From Candidatus Palauibacter sp. (GTDB lineage Bacteria; Gemmatimonadota; Gemmatimonadetes; Palauibacterales; Palauibacteraceae), in the NCBI RefSeq assembly GCF_965221685.1, contig NZ_OZ244907.1: DNA of 64,000 nucleotides; one strand, 5' to 3'. Positions 47,930 through 57,400 of this stretch are shown in pieces. How positions within the stretch are numbered: position 1 is the first letter of the stretch; every line of letters begins with the position of its first letter. The notes below the pieces were generated by a model. That model made no database searches. It saw only the letters and a list, made by a program, of their open reading frames with translations, and was not told the DNA's origin. The position numbers were made by a program, and so were the translations under genes.

Positions 47930-49009
47930 GTGAGTGAAGGCCTGTTGCGCGCCCGTGTCGCGGCGGCGCTCCTGCTGGTCCTGGCCGCCACCTCGTGCGA
48001 CCGCTCCCCACCACCCTTCCACGAAACCCTCCGGCAGCGGGCGGGTGCGGGGGACGCGGAGGCTCTGTCGTGGCTGGTCAGTGCGGCGAAACAAGACCAC
48101 GCAGGGGCCCAGACGAGTCTCGGCCTGCTGTACCTCGGAGGCGAGGGCGTCGAGAAGGACGCGCTGGCGGCCGCACGCTGGCTGTGCGCGGCCGCCGGGC
48201 GGGGTAGCGGCGAGGCGCTGGCGGCGATCACCGGCGGCGCAGAGTCCGGCGATCCCGGCTTGCAGAACACGCTGGGCCTGATGCACCTGCACAGGTACGG
48301 CGTTCCGCGGAACACGGCGGTCGCGGTGAGATGGATCGATGCCGCCGCGACCCTGGGTCACCCGGATGCTCAATACAACCTGGCCCTCCTCTACGGCGAA
48401 GGCCGCGGCGTCGCCAGGAACGACTCGGCGGCCGTCGCGTGGCTCAAGACGGCGGCGCGGGCGGGACACCCGGGGGCCCGAAACGCGCTCGGCCTGCGCC
48501 ACCTCGACGGAAACGCCGTGGAGCGAGACGCTGACGCGGCCATCCGCTGGTTTCGGGCCGCCGCCGATCAGGGCCACCCCGGGGCGCAGAACCACCTCGG
48601 CCAGGCCTATGCGCTGGGGCTGGGCGTGATCCCGGACGACATGGAGGCCATGTACTGGTTCCGGGCGGCGGCGGAACAGGGCGATCCCGTCGCGCAGTAC
48701 AACCTGAGTTTCCTGTACGACCGGTACGGCAATACGGCCGAGGCCGTGCGGTGGATGCGCGCGGCCGCCGAGCGCGGCTACGCGGACGCGCAGTTCTCCC
48801 TCGCAACCGAGTACATGTCACGCGATATGCACGCCTACGCCTGGCTGCACCTCGCCGCCGAACAGGGACACGAGGAGGCAGACCGGCGCCGGCAGGCCCT
48901 CTGGGAGTACATGACGCACGACGACGTGTCGCTGGCCGAGGAACTGAGCACCGACCTCACGCGCGGGACCGGCGACCCCAACCCTGAACGAGTGGTGTGC
49001 GGGCGTTGA
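47930..49009 (+). CDS. Sel1-repeat (TPR-like) lipoprotein
   Basis: At least 7 tandem 36-aa Sel1-like units (AQxxLGxxYxxGxGVxxDxxxAxxWxxxAAxxG). GTG start at 47930 after GGAG; lipobox LVLAATSC. Confidence 0.7.
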   Translation: MSEGLLRARVAAALLLVLAATSCDRSPPPFHETLRQRAGAGDAEALSWLVSAAKQDHAGAQTSLGLLYLGGEGVEKDALAAARWLCAAAGRGSGEALAAITGGAESGDPGLQNTLGLMHLHRYGVPRNTAVAVRWIDAAATLGHPDAQYNLALLYGEGRGVARNDSAAVAWLKTAARAGHPGARNALGLRHLDGNAVERDADAAIRWFRAAADQGHPGAQNHLGQAYALGLGVIPDDMEAMYWFRAAAEQGDPVAQYNLSFLYDRYGNTAEAVRWMRAAAERGYADAQFSLATEYMSRDMHAYAWLHLAAEQGHEEADRRRQALWEYMTHDDVSLAEELSTDLTRGTGDPNPERVVCGR

Positions 49010-49021
49010 CCCCGGCCTTGG

Positions 49022-49492
49022 TCAGGCGGCGTCCGTGGCCGCTTCCACTGCGGTGTCCGGCCGCGGGACTCCCAGCACATGTCCCTCGAGCCTGGCCACG
49101 GCCATGCGTGTCTTCGTCAGTTCAGCCGCGACTACGTCGATGCGACCGCCGAGTTCGACCCGCACGCCAGCGATATCGCCCCGAAGCTCGTCGCGTAGGC
49201 CCTTGATATCGCCTCGAAGCTCGTCGCGTAGGCCCTTGATGTCGCCTCGAAGCTCGTCGCGTAGGCCCTTGATGTCGCCCTGAAGACCATCGCGCACACC
49301 CTCCACCTGACCCCGTAGGCCCGTGAGGTCGCCCCGAAGCTCAACACCCAGGTTCGTGATGTCGCTCTGAAGACCGTCGCGTACGCCATCGACTTTGTCC
49401 TCGAGCTTCCCCGTGAGCTTGATCAGCGCCACGCCCAAGCCGACGATGCCCAGGAATATGGTGACAAGTCCGACGATCACTTCCAGCCCCAT
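49022..49492 (-). CDS. Membrane-anchored tandem-repeat protein (11-aa GLRDELRGDIK-type repeats)
   Basis: N-terminal TM helix MGLEVIVGLVTIFLGIVGLGVALI, followed by repeated (D/E)xLxGDIxGLR units in a charged coiled-coil. Confidence 0.5.
   Translation of the reverse strand: MGLEVIVGLVTIFLGIVGLGVALIKLTGKLEDKVDGVRDGLQSDITNLGVELRGDLTGLRGQVEGVRDGLQGDIKGLRDELRGDIKGLRDELRGDIKGLRDELRGDIAGVRVELGGRIDVVAAELTKTRMAVARLEGHVLGVPRPDTAVEAATDAA
49171..49390. repeat. Tandem array of 33-nt repeats (3 near-perfect plus about 3 degenerate copies) inside the gene at 49022..49492
   Basis: atatcgcctcgaagctcgtcgcgtaggcccttg repeated at about 49205, 49238 and (with 1-2 mismatches) 49172. Further degenerate units continue to about 49390. 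Confidence 0.7.
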
Positions 49493-49664
49493 CTCTGACG
49501 GCTCCCGTTGGAGGTTCGATGCGGTGCCAGCCCACCGGCCAGCCCCCGACGTACACGAACCTCCGCGACTCGATCAAGGTGGTATCAAGCGGCCTGCGCC
49601 TCAAGCCGGGGCCGCCGAGCGTATGGTACTCTGCGGCTGTCGGTGTGCGAACTCTGGAGCGTCG

Positions 49665-52493
49665 TCAGTCCAGGCGGAGGGCGGCGCGGAGGAGGCGGCG
49701 CTGTCGGCGGACGTGCCTGCCGAAGTAGCCCTCTGCCGGACTCGCCCGCTCGGGGCGGCCGATGTATACGGGCTCTCGGCCGATGAGTTCTCGCAGGTGG
49801 GGGCGCATGAACGTCCAGGCGCCCATGTTTTCGGGTTCTTCCTGCACCCAGCAAATCTCCGCCTCGCGGGGATACGGGGCGAGGGCCGCAGCCAGTTCCT
49901 CTGCCGGGAACGGGTAGGGCTGTTCCACGCGCAGGATCGGGATGTCGTGCGCCGGCGGAGCTTCCGCGAGCAGGTCGAAGTAGACCTTCCCGCTGCAGAC
50001 GATGACCCGGTTCACGCGGGACGGATCGGCCCGGAAGTCGGGGTCCGGGAGCACGGGACGGAAGGCGCCGCCGGTGAGGTCGCCGATCGTCGAGCGGGCG
50101 CGCGGATGGCGCAGCAGACTCTTCGGCGTCATCACGATCAGGGGACGGCAGGTCGCGCGCAGCGCCTGCCAGCGCAGGGCGTGAAAGTACTGCGCGGGCG
50201 TCGTGCAGTTCACGATGCGGATGTTGCCTTCGGCCGCGAGTTGCAGGAAGCGCTCCAGCCGGGCGCTCGAGTGTTCCGGACCCTGTCCCTCGTAGCCGTG
50301 CGGAAGGAGCAGGACGAGCCGCGACTCCAGGCCCCACTTCGTGCGGCCCGACACGATGAACTGGTCGATGATCGCCTGTCCGACGTTGGCGAAGTCGCCG
50401 AACTGCCCCTCCCACATGACGAGCGCGTTGGCGGCGATCGTGGAGAAGCCGTACTCGAAGCCCAGCGTGGCGATCTCGGACAGGGGGCTGTTCGCGATCC
50501 GGAAGGCCGCCTGTCCCTGCTCGAGGTGGGCCATGGGGGTGTACGGACGCCCATCCTCGGCGTCGTGCAGCACGAGATGGCGGTGGCTGAACGTGCCGCG
50601 CTCAGTGTCCTCGCCGGTGAGGCGCACCGGCACGCCCTGCGTGAGAAGGCCCGCGAGCGCCAACCCTTCCGCGTGGCCCCAGTCGATCCCCTCGTCGAGC
50701 GCCGTGCGACGGCGTTCCAGCTGTCGCCCGAGCTTGTGGAACGGCTTGAAGTCTCGGGGCCAACGGTGGATCGCCTCGTTCAGTTCCCGCAGCCGCGCCT
50801 CCGGGATGCCGGTCGGCCGCGCCGGTTCCGCCGGATCCAGCAGACGCTTCGGGTCCGGCGCCGCGCCCGTCCGTTCGTCCGCTGCCTTGTGCGCGGCGAT
50901 CGCCCCCCTCGCCGCGTCGAGTTCCGCCTCCACATCCGCGACCATGTCGTCGGCCTCCTCGCGGGAGATGAGCCCCCGCTCGACGACAGCCTCCGCGAAC
51001 TGCGCGCGGACCCGGGGGTGCGAGGCGATCCGCTCGTACATCATGGGCTGGGTGTACGAGGGTTCATCCCCCTCGTTGTGCCCGTAGCGCCGGTAGCCGA
51101 CGAGGTCGATCACCAGGTCCTCCCCGAACTCGAACCGGTAGTCGATGGCGAGCCGCACGGCGGCCATGCACGCCTCCGGGTCGTCGGCGTTCACATGCAC
51201 GACGGGGAGCCGGAAGCCGAGCGCCAGGTCGCTCGCATACCGCGTGGAGCGGCTGTCGCCGGGAAGGGTCGTGAAGCCGAGCTGGTTGTTCGTGATGATG
51301 TGAAGCGTGCCGCCCGTCTCGTAGGCATGCAGCCGGCACAGGTTCAGCGTTTCTGCCACGACGCCCTGCCCCGCGAAGGAGGCGTCGCCGTGGATGATGA
51401 TGGGGAGAATCGCTGAGGAGTCGGAGGCCTCGCCGGTGAAGCGCGCCGCCCGGGCCATGCCGAGGACGACGGGGTTCACGTGCTCGAGGTGGCTCGGGTT
51501 GGGGGCGAGCCGCACGTCCAGCTCGACCTCGTCCTCCGCGACCTGCGACCGCCCTCCGACGTGGTACTTGACGTCGCCGGAGCCGTGCTCCGGCAGCGCG
51601 GTCATGATGCCACGCGCGGCCTGCTCCTCGAATTCGGCCACGATCGACTCGTAGGACAGTCCCATGACGTGGGCCAGCACGTTCAGGCGCCCGCGGTGCG
51701 CCATCCCCACGAACACCTGTCGCGCTCCGCGCCGCCCCGCGCTCCCGATGATCCCCCGCATCATCGGCACGAGCATGTCGAGTCCCTCGACGGAGAACCG
51801 CTTCTTCCCGAGGTAGGTGCGGTGCAGGAACGTCTCGAGCCCCTCCACGCGGGTCAGCCACTCGAGGCACGCCTTCGCCCGCGCGCGGCTCATCAGGAGC
51901 CGGTGGCGGTGCGACTCGATGTAGTCCACGAGCCAGTCGCGCTGGGTCGGATTCTCCACCTGGTCGAGTTCGTAGCCGATCGGGCCGCAGTAGATCTCCT
52001 CGAGGCGATCCACGACCTCGGCCGCGTTGTCGCCGAGGTGTTTGAGCCAGACGGCGGAGGCAGGCACGCGCGCGAGTTCCTCGCGGCGGATGCCGTGATA
52101 TTCGGGTTCCAGCAGCGGGTGCCTCGGAGGCTCCGAGCCGAGCGGGTCGATGCGCGCCCCCAGGTGTCCGTACGCGCGGTAGGCCTCGACGAGGGCCCCG
52201 GCGATGGCGGCGAGCCGCAGATCCTCCGTCGCCACGACCTCCGCCTCGGCGGGCGTGGGCGCGGGCGGAGGAGGAGCGGGGGGAGCGGGAGGGACGACGG
52301 TCCTCGGTGGCGCTTCGAAGACCGCCTCCGCGGATGGGTCCCAGCCCGCCAGCGGGGGAGGGATCACACCCCGGTCGCGCAGCGCCCGTTCGACCAGCCC
52401 CTCGGCATACCCCGCGTTGTAGCCGTCAGCGACCCAGCCGTGGTCGGCGGGGGCGCGGCTCCCGTCGGCGGGGCGGTTTCCGTCGTCGCTCAC
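49665..52493 (-). CDS. sucA: 2-oxoglutarate dehydrogenase E1 component
   Basis: 942 aa. N-terminal ...NAGYAEGLVERALRD..., ThDP-binding and transketolase-like regions (GQGVVAETLNL..., HGDASFAGQG) characteristic of SucA/OdhA. Confidence 0.9.
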   Translation of the reverse strand: MSDDGNRPADGSRAPADHGWVADGYNAGYAEGLVERALRDRGVIPPPLAGWDPSAEAVFEAPPRTVVPPAPPAPPPPAPTPAEAEVVATEDLRLAAIAGALVEAYRAYGHLGARIDPLGSEPPRHPLLEPEYHGIRREELARVPASAVWLKHLGDNAAEVVDRLEEIYCGPIGYELDQVENPTQRDWLVDYIESHRHRLLMSRARAKACLEWLTRVEGLETFLHRTYLGKKRFSVEGLDMLVPMMRGIIGSAGRRGARQVFVGMAHRGRLNVLAHVMGLSYESIVAEFEEQAARGIMTALPEHGSGDVKYHVGGRSQVAEDEVELDVRLAPNPSHLEHVNPVVLGMARAARFTGEASDSSAILPIIIHGDASFAGQGVVAETLNLCRLHAYETGGTLHIITNNQLGFTTLPGDSRSTRYASDLALGFRLPVVHVNADDPEACMAAVRLAIDYRFEFGEDLVIDLVGYRRYGHNEGDEPSYTQPMMYERIASHPRVRAQFAEAVVERGLISREEADDMVADVEAELDAARGAIAAHKAADERTGAAPDPKRLLDPAEPARPTGIPEARLRELNEAIHRWPRDFKPFHKLGRQLERRRTALDEGIDWGHAEGLALAGLLTQGVPVRLTGEDTERGTFSHRHLVLHDAEDGRPYTPMAHLEQGQAAFRIANSPLSEIATLGFEYGFSTIAANALVMWEGQFGDFANVGQAIIDQFIVSGRTKWGLESRLVLLLPHGYEGQGPEHSSARLERFLQLAAEGNIRIVNCTTPAQYFHALRWQALRATCRPLIVMTPKSLLRHPRARSTIGDLTGGAFRPVLPDPDFRADPSRVNRVIVCSGKVYFDLLAEAPPAHDIPILRVEQPYPFPAEELAAALAPYPREAEICWVQEEPENMGAWTFMRPHLRELIGREPVYIGRPERASPAEGYFGRHVRRQRRLLRAALRLD

Positions 52494-52508
52494 CCGGTCG
52501 TCGGTCGC

Positions 52509-53429
52509 CTAGTGGTGGCCGTGGCCGTGGCCGTGTTCGACGTTCTCGGCGCCCGCGGCTCCGGAAAGGCTGCGGTGCACGGTGTCGAGCCAGCGTTCCG
52601 TCGAGATGAACCCGGTGCCCCAGCCGTCCCACTCCTCGGAGACGCCTTCGCCCTGAATCTCCTCGCTGCTCATCCCGGCTTCGATCTTCCTGCGGACCAT
52701 CTCGATCGTCTCGTTGATCATGCGGTGGTACGTCCTCAGGTCGTCCACGGACGAGAGCGGTCCGTGCCCGGGTATGATGTGGATATCGTCGGGCACGTTG
52801 GCCAACACCTCCGAGATCCCTTTCGAGAGCCCCTCCACGTCCCCGCCGCTGTCGATGTCGACGAAGGGGAAGCGGCCGGAGAAGAAATCGTCTCCCATGT
52901 GGAGGACGTTCGAGCCGGTGAAGTGGATGAGCGCGTCCCCGTCCGTGTGTCCGTGCGGGATGTGGAACGCGCGGATCTCCTCGCCGTTGAAGTGGATGGA
53001 GAGGGCGTCGTCGAAGGTGACGACGGGCAGGGCCACGTCGGGCGATCCGCCCGCCTGGAGCCTCGAGCGCACGTTCGTGTGCGCGACGATCGTGGAGGCG
53101 TCCCCGAACTCGGCGTTGCCGCCCGTGTGGTCGCCGTGGAAATGGGTGTTGAGGATGAACTGCGGCTGCGCCGCCTCCTCCGACTGTCCCACCTCGCGCA
53201 GCGCGTCACGGATCTTGTCCGCCAGCGGCGCGAACTGGTCGTCGACCATCACGACGCCGTCGGGGCCCGAGGACACGCCGATGTTGCCGCCGCTCCCCAC
53301 CAGCATCCAGACGCTGCCGGCGACGTGCGTCGCTTCGATCTGGACGGCCGAGAAGTCACGCTGCGCGAGGACGGGGGCGGAGAAGAGAACCGCGAAAATG
53401 GCTGCAAGGAACAACGATCGAGTTTTCAT
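52509..53429 (-). CDS. MBL-fold metallo-hydrolase, secreted, His-rich C-terminus
   Basis: HxHxDH motif THFHGDHTGG. Signal peptide MKTRSLFLAAIFAVLFSAPVLAQ after a perfect AAGGAGT RBS. C-terminal EHGHGHGHH. Start trimmed from 53588. Confidence 0.75.
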   Translation of the reverse strand: MKTRSLFLAAIFAVLFSAPVLAQRDFSAVQIEATHVAGSVWMLVGSGGNIGVSSGPDGVVMVDDQFAPLADKIRDALREVGQSEEAAQPQFILNTHFHGDHTGGNAEFGDASTIVAHTNVRSRLQAGGSPDVALPVVTFDDALSIHFNGEEIRAFHIPHGHTDGDALIHFTGSNVLHMGDDFFSGRFPFVDIDSGGDVEGLSKGISEVLANVPDDIHIIPGHGPLSSVDDLRTYHRMINETIEMVRRKIEAGMSSEEIQGEGVSEEWDGWGTGFISTERWLDTVHRSLSGAAGAENVEHGHGHGHH

Positions 53430-53589
53430 GGAATTTACTCCTTGACTACGGACGACGTGTAGCGCCGGACGGGTACCGCCGGGCGCCCGAAGATGGGGCA
53501 GGGCCCGGGCCAATGCCAACCTTGGCCTCCCCCGGCCGAAGCGCCGGAACTCTTGACCTCCCTGCAATGCCTGAGGCACACTGCGCAAA

Positions 53590-54279
53590 ATGCGCAGCTA
53601 TATCGTCTTTCTTCTTCTCTTTTCGATCAAGGTCGCGGCGAAGGCACTCTGCCGGGTGCGGCTGGAGTGGCTCCGCGAAGACGACGACCCCTGGGCGGAT
53701 CTGCGCGTGCTCGCCCTGCTCAATCACACGAGCCTCTTCGAACCGCTCTTCCTCGCCGCGGTGCCCGGCCGCGTGCTCTGGCAACTCGCGACGCACGGTG
53801 TCGTGCCGCTCGCGGACAAGACGGCGGCTCGACCGATTCTGGGGCGGCTCTTCCTGCTCCTCGCCAAGCACGTGGTGCCGGTGACGCGCGAGAAGGATGA
53901 CACCTGGGAGGAAGTGCTCCGGCAGGTCGAGGACCCGGAGGCCGTGCTCCTCATCCTGCCGGAAGGGCGGATGATGCGTCGCACGGGTCTCGATCTCCAA
54001 GGGAATCCCATGACGATCCGCGGGGGGATCGCGGACATCCTCAACGCGATGCCGGACGGCCGGCTGTTCATCGCCTACAGCGGCGGGCTGCATCACATCC
54101 AGGCGCCCGGCGAACGCTTCCCGCGACCCTTTCGGAGCGCCTGGCTGGGAGCCGAAGTCGTGGACATTCCGACGTACCGGGGCCGACTCGCCCGAGGGCG
54201 TGACCCCGACGCCTTCAAGGCCGCGGTCATCGAGGACCTCACCCGGCGACGCGACGCCTACTGCTACCGCGAAAGGTGA
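53590..54279 (+). CDS. Lysophospholipid acyltransferase (PlsC/LPLAT-family) protein
   Basis: NHTSLFEP (HxxxxD/E-type acyltransferase block I variant) and LILPEGRM (PEG block III). N-terminal hydrophobic anchor. Confidence 0.55.
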   Translation: MRSYIVFLLLFSIKVAAKALCRVRLEWLREDDDPWADLRVLALLNHTSLFEPLFLAAVPGRVLWQLATHGVVPLADKTAARPILGRLFLLLAKHVVPVTREKDDTWEEVLRQVEDPEAVLLILPEGRMMRRTGLDLQGNPMTIRGGIADILNAMPDGRLFIAYSGGLHHIQAPGERFPRPFRSAWLGAEVVDIPTYRGRLARGRDPDAFKAAVIEDLTRRRDAYCYRER

Positions 54280-54485
54280 AGCCGGACGGGCGGATCGCAT
54301 GAGGCCGGAATCACGGCAGAAGATCGTCTAACTGTATACGGGACTGCACGATCTGCGCTTTCTGCCGTTGTACCGGACCCTGCTGGACCGTGCCGCGAAA
54401 GCGGGGAAAGCATACCTGATTGGCGGGATTCCTTCCAGTCGTTTGGGATGGCATATCGTTGTCCTTTCGCGGTGCCTCCGATGGT

Positions 54486-57400
54486 TCAGAAGTTGAAGTC
54501 GAGCGCAAGTCTGAGTCCGAGGTCGGGTTGTTGACCGGGCATTTGGCTGCGCGAACCCTCGAACCCGAGTCTGAGCGTCTGGCCGACTTGGTATCCTGCC
54601 CCGAGCGACCATGCCCGGTCCCCGCCGTGGGCTGACAGCCGGGTATAGCTGTCGAGTGCGCCGCCGCCCGAGGGCGTCTTGAGCGCGTATCCGGCCTCGG
54701 CGTCGAGACGCCATTGTCCGTGCGCGGCGGCCGGCATGCTCCGGAGCGCGTTGCCGTCCATGAGCCCGTGGACGCCGCTCCGGTCGTGGCCCTGGCTGGG
54801 GCTGACCGCGAGGCGGAACCCTTCGCCCTTCGTACCGGGATCGAACGCGAGCCGTAGCGCGGCGCCCCATTCGCGGTGCCGGCCGGACCCGAGCGCGAGC
54901 CTTCCCCTGACGTCGAGGTCGAGCCCGCGGCCCGCATAGCCGACCGAGGCGCCGGTCTCGGCTCCGCCGCCGGTGTCGGCGTCGCCGCCGTCGTATCGGG
55001 CTCCGGCCTCGGTGGCGAGCCTGAGTCCTCCGGCCGTCCACGACGCTTCGAGCAGGGCGCGTGCGCGCGAGGCCATGCCCTCGCGCCGGCCGTCGTCGGC
55101 GCGCATGCCGACGGTGAACGCGTCGCCCTTGAGCGCGAGTCCGAACGCGCCCCGTCGCGCGAGCGGCGCGTTGACGCCGCCTGAGAGCATCCGGAGCGAC
55201 GCGTCGCCGGTGTCCCCTCGGTGGTCGTCGCCACCGACCTCTCCGCCGCCGTAGCCCGCCATGGCCCAGAGCCCGATCCCGGCGGAAGGCTGGACGAACA
55301 GATAGGGATGCACGCTGTTCATGGCGTGTCCGAGCGATCCGTCCACGGACCGGTGGCCGTAATCGAGGTCGCCGTCGCTCCGCATGAGCGAGACTCCGAA
55401 CAGCGTGGACGAACCGATGCGGGCGTCGGCTCCGACGGTGAGCGCGCGCAGGCCGCCGTCGTATTCGACGCCCGGCTCGCCGCGGAACGATTGGGCGGAG
55501 CCTTCGGCCCAGAGCCCGAACCGTGGCAGCCCTTGGGTGGACTGCGGCCCGAGTCCGGTGGCGAACGAGACGCTCGGCAGCAGGCGGGCGGCGGCCTCGC
55601 GCCCCGTGGGCAGTTCGGGCGACCCGGAGCGGCGTCCGGTCTCGGCGGCCGAGGACGGGTTGAGCGAAACGCCCGCGAGCGAGGCGAGCGTTCCCGCGGC
55701 GCGGCCGGCCCAACCGGAGGGCGATCCGGACGCGGCGGAGCCGTCCGGCGAGGGCCGCATGACGGCGTCGATGCGCGCGCCGACTGCCTGTCGCGCACCC
55801 TCGGCCACCGCGCGTCCGAAGACGGCGAGGCCGACATCGAAGGCCTCGTCCCGGAGCGCGCCGTCGTCGCGCGCCGCGATCCGGACCGTGGCGGAGGCGG
55901 CCGTGCCCGCACTGACGGCTTCGGGCAGCGTGCCGAACCCGAGCGCCAGGAGGCCGGACGGAGGCTCGGCCGGGATGTCGAGCGTGAACGCCGCGAGCGA
56001 GTCGCCGGGCTGGAAGACGACCGGCTCCGAGACTATGGGCGCGGTCATCCCCCGGTCCATGACCGCCGTGAGAGGCACGGCCACCCGCCGGTCGGCCGCG
56101 GGACTGATCCGCAGCGTGACTTCGGTCCCCCGCGCTCCGGCCGTTGCGGTGTACGTCGCTGCGGCAAACTCGACTTCGAGTTCGGTGGGCGCGCCGTCGA
56201 CGGCCACCGCGGCGGCGGCCCTGTCGCCCGCAACCGCCGCGACGACGACTCGCGTGGTCGCAGGCACTCCCACCGCAACGCCATCGGGCAGGTCGCCGAA
56301 CCGGACCTCGACGGTGTCGGACGCCGAGAGTCCCGCCGTGCCGACCGCGACGTTTGCCGTGCCCGCTCCGGCTTGGAACGTGACGGTGTGCTTGGCGTCG
56401 CCCGCAACGACCTCGATCGAGAGCGCCGCCGAGCCCGCCGGAGACAGGAGCACCGCGACATCGACCGATGCGCCTTGGGTGGCGGTGTAGGAGTCCGCGC
56501 CGAAGGAGACCACCGGCGTGTCGGCTCCGACGACCGCCACCGCCGCGCTCTCGGCCCGCTTGCCGGGTCCGTGGCCGTCGGCGTAGGTGAACACGGCGCG
56601 CAGATGATTGCCCCGATCCGCCGCGACCGGCGTGTAGAACCGGGTTCTCGCGCCCGCGATGTTCGTCCACGACGCGCCGCCGTCGCCCGAGCGCTGCCAG
56701 CGCCTAGTCTTGCCCGCCTCCTTCGAGCCGTCCTGGTCCATGAGCGTCGCGGCCAGCCGCTCGCCCACCCGCGCCACGTCCGCGCTCAGCGCGATCTTGC
56801 CCGGATCGTCCGCGTTCGTGACCCGGATCCTGACCGAGGCGGTGTCGGCAAGCTCGCCGTCGCTCGCCTCGACCTTGACGGTGTACAACGTTGTCCCGCT
56901 CTCGAAGTCCAGCACCGTGCCCTCGGCCACCGTGATCTGGCCCGTCGAGCCGTCGATATCGAACAGCGCCTCGTCCCCGCCGGGCACGAAGGCGTAGGAA
57001 AGCGACGCGCCGTCGTCCGGATCGGTCGCCGCCACCGGCGCGCCGACCGCCGTGCCGCCCGGCGAGTTCTCCGGCACCTCGCGGTCGTGCGCCGCGGGGA
57101 ACTTCGGCGCCGTGTTCGCGGGCAGCACCTCGACCGCCTCGCTCGACGCCCGCTTGCCCCGCCCGTGGCCGTCGTCGTAGGTGAACACCGCGCGCAGCCA
57201 CCGGCCCTCATCGTTCGTGCCGGGCGTGTACTTGCGGCCCGATGCAATGTCGTTCCAGGAGTTGCCGTCGCGCGACCGCTGCCACTTGCGCGTCCTGCCC
57301 GCGCTCAGCGCGCCGTCCTCGTCGGTCAGCATGGCGGTCAACTCGACGCCCACGCGCGCCACCGCGGGGCTCAGCGTCACCACGCCCGGATCGTCCGCGT

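Noticed and set aside
49395-53462. Plus-strand ORFs 49395..51416 and 51480..53462 antisense to sucA and the MBL hydrolase
   Set aside because: Antisense high-GC artefacts. sucA and the MBL gene have strong family signatures on the minus strand.
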